Shown here in pieces: positions 34,823 to 45,959 of a DNA stretch of 64,000 bases (positions are counted from its first letter, which is position 1; each line of letters starts with the position of its first letter). This DNA comes from Microthyrium microscopicum (Eukaryota), in the NCBI GenBank assembly GCA_010405405.1, contig MU004231.1:2557860-2621859 (forward strand), read 5' to 3'. The notes beneath the pieces were generated by a model, which saw only the letters and a program-made list of their open reading frames with translations, ran no database searches and was not told the DNA's origin. The position numbers and the translations under genes were made by a program.

Positions 34823-35868
34823 CTACCACCACTTCTCGCAAAGAACCTGCTCTTTTTCTAGTCCATCTTGTCCTTGCAAAAATTCCACAAACTGATCAGT
34901 CATGTCAGGCGGCCCACAAACATAGCACACAGTACTCTCCTTCTTATCCCCCAAAGCAGATAGTAAGTCCTCATGACGAATTCTTCGAGGGGCTATTATT
35001 GCACCATGTTGAGATAATGCCTCCGCATATTTATAATTCGATGAAAACAGCTTCAGTCTCAATTTGCCTTTCCCTGATCCCGATGTACGAGCAATATCAA
35101 CCAAATCATCCAAGAAAAGTGCAGTGACTCGCCCTTCGTCCGGAATTGTTGGGGGCGCCTTGACGCTATATAGAAAATTCACATTTGGAGGCATCGTATC
35201 TGTTAGGCCTAGATGCCGTATCATCGCCATTAACGGATTGATGCCCACGCCCCCGGCAATGAACACTACGTTCTGAATGTCGGATTCCTTTCGCGGGGCT
35301 GTGGTGAAATACTCTGGCGGCCAAACAAAGCTTCCTCCGACTCGAATTCTCAGTGGCTGTCCTACGATTTCTTTCTCGGGTTTCCAGAGCCACTCTGCTG
35401 CAGGGTTCTCTGGCGAAGCTTGAATGGCTAGATCGACGGATGGACCGTCCTCGCCGCAAGTGTCCAGGTTCGCGAGCAAAGGTGACGATGTGATAGTAAA
35501 CCCACCTGGCTTGGGAAGTCCATGAATATGTACATCAAGCCATTGCCCAGGGAGGAACTAATAAGAAATTGTAGGATCAGCATCCATACACGCGATACGT
35601 AGGTATTTTAATACAGACTTACGCTGATCGTTTGTCTGGATGCCAGGCGGTAAGTTCGTATACTTTGATTAACGTTTTCCACGGCCTTAATTGTCACATC
35701 GTGGAGTTCTGATCTACGAGGCTGTGATGCTGTACGCTCGTCATGGCCAGTCTTTGGCGCCGTTGCCATTGCTCGAAACGAGTGTATCAAGCGTATGGGG
35801 GAGCCGTGTCCGCGGATGATTAGAGTGAATGAAGTTGAATTACAGTAACGAACGCCACCTCTTATCAT
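34823..35868 (-). CDS. FNR-family oxidoreductase NAD-binding domain protein (OXNAD1-like), probably mitochondrial, 2 exons
   Basis: Intron 35558-35622; motifs FLPGQWLDV, GGFTITSSP, IRVGGSFVWPP, VFIAGGVGINPLMAM, YVCGPP.MTD and C-terminal EKWW. Start is ATG 35868 (Arg-rich presequence) or ATG 35769. Confidence 0.88.
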
Positions 35869-36283
35869 GATAACAACAGTTCCAGGGAACTGACTGTGGA
35901 TAAACAATATCTGGCCGTTGCCACATTGTAGTTGGATGCGTGCATGTCACATTGTCATCCGGGTAGTTTACTCTATTAAGTGGATTCGCTAGGGCGGGCC
36001 GACCCGTACGAGATACTGGGGGAACTTAAAGATAGTGAACCAATTTAGAGAGCATTAATACAATCAGCAAGATCTATCATCTTTCAAAAACTGAGTCATA
36101 TTTTGGGCGAGTGTCCAACATGGAAAGTGTTTGCAATTCTTATGTAGCACTAATATAAACAAGCGAGCTCTTTCTTGTGGGGCATCACAATCATGAAAAT
36201 ATCCTATACAGCTATCGCGACAATTGTTTGATCAATATCAAAGAGTGTATTTCTAGCACTTACTCGTATCATGATCTCGTAAC

Positions 36284-37274
36284 TCAAAGCAGGAACCAAG
36301 CAATAAGACCAGCGCCGACCATTTCCCAGGTAGCCTTCTTAACCACTGTCGCTGCACTTCTTGTTGTTTGAGCAATGGCTGGCGCAGTCGCTGTTGAGCC
36401 GATTTGTCCTGGCGCTCCCGCTGGCGTTCCAGGCACTCCTGGTTGTTGTGGAGTAACGCCTCCGCTCGGTACGACATTGTTTGCTGCCTTTGCAGCTGCC
36501 GCTTTATACGTGTCGACAGTCTGCCCAGTGGGACTGAACACAGGTTAGCAACCTGTACATGCTGGCTGGTATGAATGACTTACGGATTGATGACACCAAC
36601 CATGCCGTCTTGACAGTGTCTGCCTTGGGGACAGTAGAACCACATGGGTTGAGTGTCCCGCACGGGTACGGTGTACGTTATTTGTCCTTGCGCTTCAGTT
36701 GGCATGAATCCTGAAAAGAATGCTCGCCCAGCTGTGTTCACTTCTGGTTGACAAGGTGTCTCGAATGTAGATGATGCTACTGAATGGTTCTATCCAAGCT
36801 TTAGTACTTGATCGACTCTGCAAACAGTTCATAGCTTACCCTTGAATAAAATTGAAACTGTACAAAATCACCAGGCTTGGCAGTCAAAGTGTTCGGCGAG
36901 AACACTAAGTCATTGTTCGCCGAACCGACCTTGACCACCCATACCGGTTGCGATCCTGGAGCTCCTGGCGCAAGAGCTGGCGCAACATTGCCAGGTTGAC
37001 CAACAGCTGGTGTTGAGTTTTGGGGTTGACCGGCAAGCGCAGGAGCTGCTGAAGCTACCGGTGCTGCGCCAGCAGCTTGGGGGCGTATCGTTATTACTTG
37101 AGCCGCTCCTCCTGCTGGTGCTTGTGTTGCTTGAATGACGCCTGGTTGTGTTGCTGCTGGCGCCTGGGCAGCTTGTCCGGCAACATTTATTGAGATGGCG
37201 GCTGGCTTCGCAGCTTGAGCCACGACACCACTTATGAGAGACAGTGAAAGTGGTAAAACGGTGTTGAGATGCAT
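36284..37274 (-). CDS. Secreted, probably GPI-anchored cupredoxin-domain protein, 3 exons
   Basis: Signal peptide; Ala/Gln/Pro-rich linker; V.VG....LVFSP....AKPGD.VQFQF..RNHSV..S.FETPC.P; WFYCPQGRHCQDGMVGVINP (His...Cys-His-Met type-1 Cu ligand set); hydrophobic C-terminus. Introns 36790-36839 and 36534-36583. Confidence 0.88.
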
Positions 37275-38174
37275 TATGACGGTGGCGTGGTTGTGTATCC
37301 TGTGGTAATATTCACAAAGTGTGCGACAGCTCACGCTGCTAAGAAGATAGGTAGATTGCCAGAATCCGTGAAGAAGGTAGTCAGTACTTCAGCGAGAGAA
37401 ATCAAATTACGACCAGAAAAAAATTAGCAGGTATGGTTACAATGACAGAAGTCCAGCTGAACGAGGGCAGACCACGATGCAATGCTCCCATGAGGCAAAG
37501 CAATGGGTGACTTGCAACATCCGGGAGCTGGTACATCTCGATTCCGGTTGTTGTTTCGGGCAAAAGATCCGATCATGGAATCTTGTTGGTGCTGTTGAGA
37601 ACAAGTTTCTTGCCTAGACGGGTCTGCGGACTGTTGCGTCTCAAGTCTGTCGGATGAATGGTCAAAAGCCAAGCTAGAGTAATTTTTGCTTGACAAAGTT
37701 GATTGATTCTTCAGAGCGAGTTGTCTTGCAGTGGTAATATTGATTTATTCACGGCTCCCTCAAAGCTCATTTTCCTCATCCTATTCAAAAGCAAATTCAA
37801 GAGCCGTTGAGTTGTAAAATCTTTGGTGAAGATCGCAGGTCAGGATGTTTCTGGAAGGGCATCTAGCATGACCGGGGGTCTTCAAGTCATCATGCATGGA
37901 GGTTTCAGATCCTTCTTCTCACCCAGTTGCGCATCTTCAGCCACCCCAATGCTCGAAACACATATTCTCTCCCGATGAAGCCAAACCTTTTTGGCATACT
38001 GCCTTTAAGGTTTCGAGGGACTTCCGGGAAGATATAGCTAAGCAGGCATCGGATGGTGTCATAACCGGGAGCAGTCGATGCCACAGCAGCCATTTCAAGG
38101 CTAGAGACTCCATGATTTCCGGTGTCGTGTCGCTTATCATTTATGATTGATGTGATGATACTGCGCGTGAGATT

Positions 38175-38783
38175 TCAAAAATCCAGAATCAATTGCGGAG
38201 CTGCTTTCTCCAAATCTTCAACCTGTAGCCAAGTACCAGTCGCATCTCCACGGCCCTCAGCCTTGCTACTACTCTCATGACGGCTTCGAGCTAGCGCTTC
38301 TTGAACGAACACTTTCATGTACATTTCCAATACGCCCATGGCTTCCTTGCCAACTCGCATGCTTTTGTCATCAAGACTTTGATGCAGTATCTTTGCAAGG
38401 AGAGGCCGCGGTATAGAATGTTCAAGTTCATCAAGAGCTGCTCCAGGATTAGCACATGCTGCTGCTCGGGCGGTCGTGGACTGCCGTCGAGGAGTCGAAG
38501 GTCCAGCTCGAGATTGTGTAGTCGCTCTTCGGTTGGTGGTTGTAGAGGTGTCGATATCATCTTCCACATCGCTTCCGTAATCTTCATTATCTTCATCTTC
38601 GTCCGAGTCGTTGATGGTCACTGCTGATGTCTTGCGATTGACCTTTGGCGCGGCCTTTGTTGAGGTTTTCTTTACAGGGCCTGACTTTTGGCCTTTGGGT
38701 GCGGAGTCTCCAGACGATACTCTGGTAGGAGGCTTGAATGGAAGCCGTCGCGGGCCGTCTCCATTAGATCGAACTGGCGGCAT
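38175..38783 (-). CDS. MHF2: CENP-X / MHF2 histone-fold protein with a disordered N-terminal extension
   Basis: C-terminal IPRPLLAKILH...MRVGKEAMGVLEMYMKVFVQEALARS...LQVEDLEKAAPQLILDF matches the CENP-X fold, including the characteristic PQL.LDF end. Confidence 0.88.
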   Translation of the reverse strand: MPPVRSNGDGPRRLPFKPPTRVSSGDSAPKGQKSGPVKKTSTKAAPKVNRKTSAVTINDSDEDEDNEDYGSDVEDDIDTSTTTNRRATTQSRAGPSTPRRQSTTARAAACANPGAALDELEHSIPRPLLAKILHQSLDDKSMRVGKEAMGVLEMYMKVFVQEALARSRHESSSKAEGRGDATGTWLQVEDLEKAAPQLILDF

Positions 38784-38878
38784 ATTGAACGACTAGAGTA
38801 TCCGACTGCTGATGTTTGGTCTGATACGATGTTAACTGTTTCCTGAAGCTTGTGATTGCAGTTTGGAAGAGCTTAGAG

Positions 38879-38912
38879 CGCGACGCGTTATTGGAAAGCG
38901 CGCAGTCACGTG
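38879..38912. promoter_or_regulatory. MCB-like ACGCGT, extra CGCG and a CACGTG upstream of CENP-X
   Basis: cgcgACGCGTtattggaaagcgcgcagtCACGTG, about 100-130 bp upstream of the ATG. Function inferred from the known MBF consensus only. Confidence 0.4.
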
Positions 38913-40400
38913 TGGTCAGATGCACCTTCCTCTTATCTTCTTGTGTTCTCGTCAACGGTCACGACTTCTCTCAGTCTAACGACTCTTGCTATATTTTTTT
39001 TTGCATGTGTTGATTCATCATCCATACTGCATCAACTCATCACTTTTGCAACTTATAGTGCGGCTTCTTTCCCATCATTGAGAGTAAGGCCGATATGCCA
39101 TTCTAGGGCAAGCATCAAACGAGGACTTCTGAGCTGTTGCGCGCTCGTGCTCCAGAAGTTTATCCATCGTTGTCCTTCTCAAAACAAAAGTTGGATCTCG
39201 ATCGGTGTGACTTGAGCATATGTATATCAGATCATAATAGGCCTTTTGCGTCATCATTTTCTACAAATTCTGAAACCACACCATCTGAGTTGGCAAGATG
39301 GACCGCGAAGGGCGCAGGTTTGTTGTCTGCTAAGCTTTTGGAGCCCTCTGCTTGGCTGATTCTCTTTAATTGAAGCAAACGGCTAAATCTGGGGCAGGGG
39401 CAATCCCTCGGGGGAAAAGGGACGGCTACACTACAATCGAGATGCAATTTCCCATAATTCAACGTCCGTAATTGAGTTTACTGTGATCACTGCCGGATGC
39501 ATGGAAGGTCGCCATTTAACCCTCTTGCCGTCTGGACAAATACTGGGACGGAGCTTAGTTCATGCAAGGCACTGACTATACAGAGAAATAAGGTCATTTC
39601 ACTTGACGGTGGTAGGTTTCAGCGTTGGTAATAACTATCATTTTGTCCACTCGTACTACATACCGGCATACTGTATAACTGCTTCAACAGTTGTTACCAG
39701 CTGCCCGTGGAGCAAGTAAAGAAAAGGCATGTGCTTGAACACTTCTTGTGGCTGGTAAAGTGTCTCGTGTAACTCCAAATGCGGGCAGATGTGGCAAGAT
39801 CTTCCAAGTTTAAGTATTTGTGATGCTGATTTGGGTTTGGGAAAGAGGCTGGTCAGAATGCTATGCTGGACAAGGGCAAACGAAGAAGTATTTGGCGAAC
39901 TAAATAATAATAGGTTTTCAACTTTGGAAGGTTCCCAGGACGGTTCATTCCCGGGTCATGTTAAGGAGAGCCTCTCTTTGATTGCTCTTATATGAGCCAT
40001 CATCGACCTTCCCGCCTCTAGTTCACTTCACCGTTACCATCCACAAAAGAGATATCAATATCCTGACGCCGATCTGAGTGGCTCCCCTGCATATTCACCT
40101 GTGCCTCTTTCTGTTAATTTTGTCTTCATCTTGATCCGACAAAGGTGTTGTTGTTGCAACTTGCAAACTGGGGAGGAAACCACGACTTTGTCCACCCACC
40201 ACCACCACCAAGAAAGGCAGTCGCTACACACCTGCCAACCCAACGTTACTTCCCATTCAACGTTACCACGCAATAACCCTCTTCTCCCCGTACTGCCTTT
40301 GAGAGCCTGCATTCCCCTCTCAACAACATCAACCATCTTACAACAACCGACTCTTGTTCTTCTATTAATCACTAATTCCAACATCCTCAACACCATCAAA

Positions 40401-41341
40401 ATGCGCTTCGCACTGGTTGTGTCCGCATTGGCACTAGCTGTTACAGCTACTCCTCAAGGCGTCACGCAGTACATTGCACCCCCAGGCAACGCACCAGCAG
40501 GATGCAAAAAGTCCATGGACGGCAAATACGAGCTGTCAGTCGAGCCGTTAGGTCCAAAGACCAAGAGAATGTCCTTCGATGCGGTATGACATGCATGTTC
40601 GGTTTCGTTTCAAGCATTGTAGCTAACTTGTGCTCCTAGCAAAAAATGCTTCAAGTCAATCTGATTAAGGGTACATTGACTGATGACCTTGCTCGCACCG
40701 GATACATCGCAGACAACTACCAATTCCAGTTCGACGGCCCTCCTCAGGTAAGAAGCATACATGTACTGCAAAGAGTTGCCTACTGACTGTGATACCAGGC
40801 TGGCGCTCTCTACACCGGTGGCTGGACTCTCTGTAACAATGGCTCTCTCGCCCTCGGTTCCTCCACCGTCTTCTACCAATGCCTAAGTGGCTCCTTCTAC
40901 AACCTCTACGATCGCTGGTGGGCAAGTCAGTGCAATCCTATTAATATTGTCGCGCATGCCGTCGCCGGTCCCGAAGTTTCCTCGGTCAGCTTGTCTAGTG
41001 ATGCTTCTCTCATCCCCGCGTCTTCAGGAAGTCCATCCTCCTCAGGCGGCGCCGCCAAAGCAACAAGCGATGCAATGGGTGGAATGACCATGAGTGGTGG
41101 AAGTATGGAACCCACAGCCGACAGCTCACTTCTGTCCGCTTCTGCTACCACTTCTGGCACTTCGGCAACTGGTCTCAATCGATCGATCTCGCCTTCAGCT
41201 TCCGTGACTACAGCTCCAAAGGCATCTGCAGTAAAGGCGAGCGCAGCAAGCGCGACCTCCAACGGGGCCGTTCCGGCTCAAGGTAGCGGGGCCTCAAAAG
41301 CTGCGCTATTACTGGGCTTATTCGGTATGATGGTCGCATAA
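40401..41341 (+). CDS. PIR/Cis3-like cell-wall protein with Ser/Thr/Ala-rich stalk and GPI-like tail, 3 exons
   Basis: Signal peptide; KR site; introns 40584-40639 and 40748-40798; G.LTD...[52 protein letters not shown].....QC.PI (PIR C-terminal domain); hydrophobic C-terminus. Confidence 0.88.
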
Positions 41342-41975
41342 AATGATGTTCGAGTTTAGGATTCTTCTTGTATTACGTATGGCTTATAGAATGTGTCCAT
41401 AGCAAGGGGGTTTCATTGATTGTTCATTTTCTACCATGAGCGTAGACTAATTCAGTTTACGATATACAGCTGACTGGCTTAGTTGAATCAAGCTAGATTT
41501 TCACTTCAAGTGGTGCCTTTCGGGTTTGTGAGTCGTGACGATTCCCCTCTTAGTCAACAGTGATATAGGTATCAAATATATTAGAAAGTTTGAACACTGT
41601 CCAACAGCTGGGCCGTCATGAGGCTCTTGAGCAGACTGTCAACTGTCAACGCACTATACTCTACATCAGGATTTCATACCGTCTTAAGGCTGTCATTGCT
41701 TGAGTGCCTTGCACTAGTTATGCAAGAGGTTGATCATACAGAAGCTGATTGGATGCGGTTGCTGTGAGGCTGAAGGAGCTTCCCCATGAAATTTGGACCC
41801 TCTAGAATCTTCGCTTGGTGGGGCCACCAATGTTTAAAGCTCCTCTCCCTTTTCAGACCCTTTGAGCCCACCGAACTTTGTTTGTTTCTACGCATGCTAT
41901 TTCGATACACATAATCGCATACATCCCTTCATTTCATCTTCATAGCAGAGCGAACCGAAGGTAATAACGACGAAG

Positions 41976-43224
41976 ATGTCCTCCGATTCAGCTTCGAAGC
42001 GACCGCGTGTCTTTTTCGACATCACAATTGGCAAGGCAGATGCTGGTCGCATTGTCTTCGAGCTTTACAATGATAGTATGCGCTTTTCCCAGCTATGATG
42101 GACGTTTTCAAAAGCTTGCATTACGCTGACTCAAATATCTCTAGTTGTTCCAAAGACTGCCGAAAACTTTCGAGCGCTGTGCACTGGTGAGAAGGGAAAA
42201 GGCACAAACGAGGAAGGCAAACCGTTGCACTACAAAGGCTCCATATTCCATCGAATAATCAAAGACTTTATGTGCCAGGGTGGAGACTTTACAAAGTTTA
42301 ATGGCACTGGAGGAGAGTCGATCTATGGCGAAAAGTTTGAGGATGAGAATTTTGAGAAAAAGCATACGAAGCCATTCCTTTTGTCTATGGCCAATGCTGG
42401 CCCAGGTTGGTATTCTTGATCGATCGTCGTAGAGTGAGAACTGACTGGGACGGTATGTAGGCACCAACGGCTCCCAATTCTTCATCACAACTGTGTCCAC
42501 CCCACATCTCGACAACAAACACGTCGTCTTTGGCGAAGTGCTCAACGGCAAGGCCCTTGTTCGGACGATCGAAGCTTCCGAGACCGATTCATCCGACAAG
42601 CCCAAAGATGATATAACTATCGCAGACTGCGGCGAATTGACAGGCGACGACTATGAGCAAGCGACCAAGAAGACAGTGGATGCATTTGGCGACAAATATG
42701 AAGAGTTCCCACAAGATTTCGCGGATGAGATCTCGGCAACAGATGCTCTCAAGATTGCCACCGAGCTCAAGGAGATGGGCAACAAGGCCTTTCAAAGCAA
42801 AGACCCCAAGACTGCGCTCAACAAGTACCAAAAAGCCTTGCGATATCTGACGGAGACCAACGATCCGACCCAGGGAGAACCAGAGTCGCTTGGTCAGGAC
42901 ATGAACACTCTCAAATTTACTCTATACAACAACTCTGCGCTCATGCAGATTAAGACGAATGATTATAATGGTGCTATCAAGAACGCTTCTGCTGCACTCA
43001 ATGTCACAGGTGCTTCACCAGAGCAGAAAGGTAAAGCGTATTACCGACGAGCATTGGCACGTGGAGCAAAGAAGTCGGATGATGAGGCATTGGCAGATTT
43101 GGATGAGGCTCTCAAATTGGTGCCAAATGATGCTGGTGTTAAGACTGAGCATGCGAGTGTCAAGAAGCGGCTGGCCGAGTTCAAGAAGAAGGAGAAGGCT
43201 GCTTACTCCAAATTCTTCTCTTGA
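41976..43224 (+). CDS. CPR6: Cyclophilin-40 type peptidyl-prolyl isomerase (PPIase + TPR), 3 exons
   Basis: Introns 42076-42144 and 42406-42460; motifs [40 protein letters not shown] and [21 protein letters not shown] region LKEMGNKAF...KAYYRRA; ends AAYSKFFS. Confidence 0.95.
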
Positions 43225-43838
43225 TTGATGAATCGAGTCGAATGCCGTTGGTCTCAAAACCACAAAGTGGACAAAAGACGGCGTGAACCCAGTATCTTTT
43301 CAGCCTGGCGAAAGGTGTTTACGTGTGTCTTTTGCTGAGTTATTTTGAATAGTCGAACCGAGTTAGACAACCATTGAGATCTAATAACGAAAGCAGTATT
43401 TCAAAACTTTCGGGACGAACGCTCTTAGATGTTGAGGAGAAAGTAGTAGTGATAATGTAGCGAATCATTACCGTAACACCTGCGCGACCGGCGTCTTTAC
43501 GTAGACCCGCAGATGCTCAACAATATGCTCGAATGTCAAATAAGCATTCGTGCTTCGCACAAGATCGGTCGATCAAAACTTCTATTTGGAATTATCAAGA
43601 GCTACTAGTGAAACAACACCATGAATACTTTTGTACAAAAGGAACTGCTGCAACCGCAAGTTCAAAAATCAATGACGAAGATATTACATCACAGACCCAG
43701 ATCGACTCTCAAGATCTATTTGAACCATTTCAGCATACCGCAGTTTTGACATATGATTCTCTTAACTTTTGAGTCCGGGGTCAACAACTTTTCTTGGATA
43801 TTAGACAAGTCGCGCCATAGACAACTGGCGCCAAAAAC

Positions 43839-44909
43839 ATGTCCAGATACGTTGCTTTTGACGATCCATCGGTCGAACCAGATGTCCCCTCTGAATCAAC
43901 CAAAATCAACGAACTCCAATCAATTATTCAATCTACTCAGTACAAAAACTTTGCCCAGCATCGCCATTGCTTCCGCGGCACCCATGTCAAAACCCAAGCC
44001 GTCGTCAAGGGCGTTCTCACCATCAAGCCTAACCTGCCAGAAGAGCTCGCTCAAGGTCTCGCCTCACCTCAGAATGCATTGCAGCCTCATCCAATAGCGA
44101 TTCGTTTCGCCAATGAGCCTTCTTTCCTGCAAGATGACAAAAGCCCCGGGCCGAGAGGAATGGGAATGAAGGTCTTCAACGTCCTCGGAGATTATTTGGA
44201 GGGTCCCGGCCAGGAAACTCATACGCAAGATCTCACTTTCAACAATGCGCCAATGTTAGAATTGGGCGATGTCAACCGATGTTTGGAGATATTCCGTATT
44301 CGCGAACGGAACTTTCTGCAGCCAGAAAAGATTGACGGTGAACTAAAGAAGCGATCAGATTACCAGGTGCAAAAGGCCCCCATGGAGTTACCCAACCATC
44401 ATTTCCTTGCCTATACAATGTATTCGCAATCTGCGTACCGATGGGGGCCATACATAGCAAAGTACGCGCTATTTCCGGTTAAGCAGTCACAAAAGGATCT
44501 CGCCGAGTCGCACAAGATTACGGACAAGAGCGATTTTGACCAGCATTCCACCTGGCTGCGAGAGCACTTTGAGACCATGAGCGCGGAATATGATCTTCGT
44601 GTCCAGTTATGTGAGAACCTAGAACAGCAGTCCGTTGAGGACACAACGATGGAGTGGGACGAAAAGAAGTATCCATTCCAGACTGTTGGGACCGTCACCA
44701 TCCCGGCACAAGATAGTTTTACTGCTGCAAGAAGAGTATTCTGGGAGGAGAGGATGAGATTGAATGTTTGGTGGGGTTTGGAAACTATGAGACCATTGGG
44801 AAGTGTCAATCGGTTGAGGAAGGAGGTATATGCTGCGAGCAGGACTGTCAGGGAGAATATGAATGTACTGAGAACGACGGATATCAAGACCTTGGATGAG
44901 ATTCCTTGA
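43839..44909 (+). CDS. Small catalase-related heme protein, 356 aa, intronless
   Basis: Distal His in FRGTHVK; IRFAN; PGPRGMGMKV; QDLTFNN; YSQSAYRWG; proximal RPLGSVNRLRKEVY. Shorter than typical monofunctional catalases. Confidence 0.88.
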   Translation: MSRYVAFDDPSVEPDVPSESTKINELQSIIQSTQYKNFAQHRHCFRGTHVKTQAVVKGVLTIKPNLPEELAQGLASPQNALQPHPIAIRFANEPSFLQDDKSPGPRGMGMKVFNVLGDYLEGPGQETHTQDLTFNNAPMLELGDVNRCLEIFRIRERNFLQPEKIDGELKKRSDYQVQKAPMELPNHHFLAYTMYSQSAYRWGPYIAKYALFPVKQSQKDLAESHKITDKSDFDQHSTWLREHFETMSAEYDLRVQLCENLEQQSVEDTTMEWDEKKYPFQTVGTVTIPAQDSFTAARRVFWEERMRLNVWWGLETMRPLGSVNRLRKEVYAASRTVRENMNVLRTTDIKTLDEIP

Positions 44910-45069
44910 CCTGTTCTATCCAGAAGGAGGTATAAAATCCGAATGGATACACCATAGACGACTAATATACAGGTCTCAGCAATAGAACCCAAGTAATGAC
45001 CCTTCATAAAATACACAGGACCTATATGTTCAAGAAGAAACTATGGCCAGTCATGACCCCAGTATCCGT

Positions 45070-45381
45070 AGGTCGCAGAGACAAAAACATGCTCAAAATA
45101 CTGGACGAGAATTGTACAAAACCTTAAATCATCTCAAAATAAAAGCAAAAAGTTTACCACATACCTCAGGTATGTGGTTATGAAAACCAGATGAGCTGGT
45201 TTTACAAATCATTTTTAGCCTTAACGCGGTTCGAACCTGTGGGTTCAGAATATCTCTTCGTTTAGCACGGGTTGGACTACTCCCTTGAATTTACACATCG
45301 GGTTAGCTCCATCAGCTCTTTCGAGATTCGAGGGATGGGAAACCGTCTTCTGCGACCTTGATTTTTATCCTAAAAGGATAA
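45070..45381. other. Hairpin-rich intergenic element with imperfect terminal inverted repeat (candidate structured ncRNA or MITE-like relic)
   Basis: Arms 45070-45082 and 45345-45358 are complementary; further hairpins at 45156-45178, 45183-45203, 45225-45241, 45332-45349 and 45365-45381. Confidence 0.35.
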
Positions 45382-45959
45382 CAGTAAATCTCAGAGTACT
45401 TGAATATATACAACACGCAGATACCATAAATCTATCATGAGCCATATTTCAATATTCCTTAACCAACCATGATTAAACCCTTGAGTGCATAAATAAAATT
45501 GAAGAGAGGTGAAATGTAAATATAATTTTGGTATATAAGCACAATTATATTGACGAACTACAGAGCAATTTTCCGGGAAGGAGGCTTTACATGAGCTGTG
45601 ATTTTAAATACGTCTAAGGGTTGAGTCAAACTCGTACCATGAAGAAGATGAGACCAAATGAATTTATGTCATGATGAATTGTCAGGCTCTGAGTAGAGAG
45701 GTGGTTCAGACAAGGCTGAACACAAGGCTGTACTCTGATATGATTGGCTAAATTACGACACCAGGGGCCGCGCATCTGCACTTTCACGCTCGAAAGCTCT
45801 CCCAAGCAACTTCCCAATTCTAAACAACGAACCCACCACAAAAACAGCTTCCCACAGCTTCCCAATTTAAAATCTCCATGCTCAAGCTAATACTCACCGC
45901 TCGCTAATTCCTCCCAAATCAACCTTTCACACTAAAGCCGCTCTCCTCTTCTCACCGTC

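Noticed and set aside
45225..45241. tRNA gene suggested by a GGTTCGAACC T-loop
   Set aside because: No acceptor, D or anticodon arms can be built around it.
45452..45480. ATATTCCT...AACCAT resembling snR30/U17 m1-m2 motifs
   Set aside because: The motifs are too close, with no intervening hairpin and no correctly placed ACA box.
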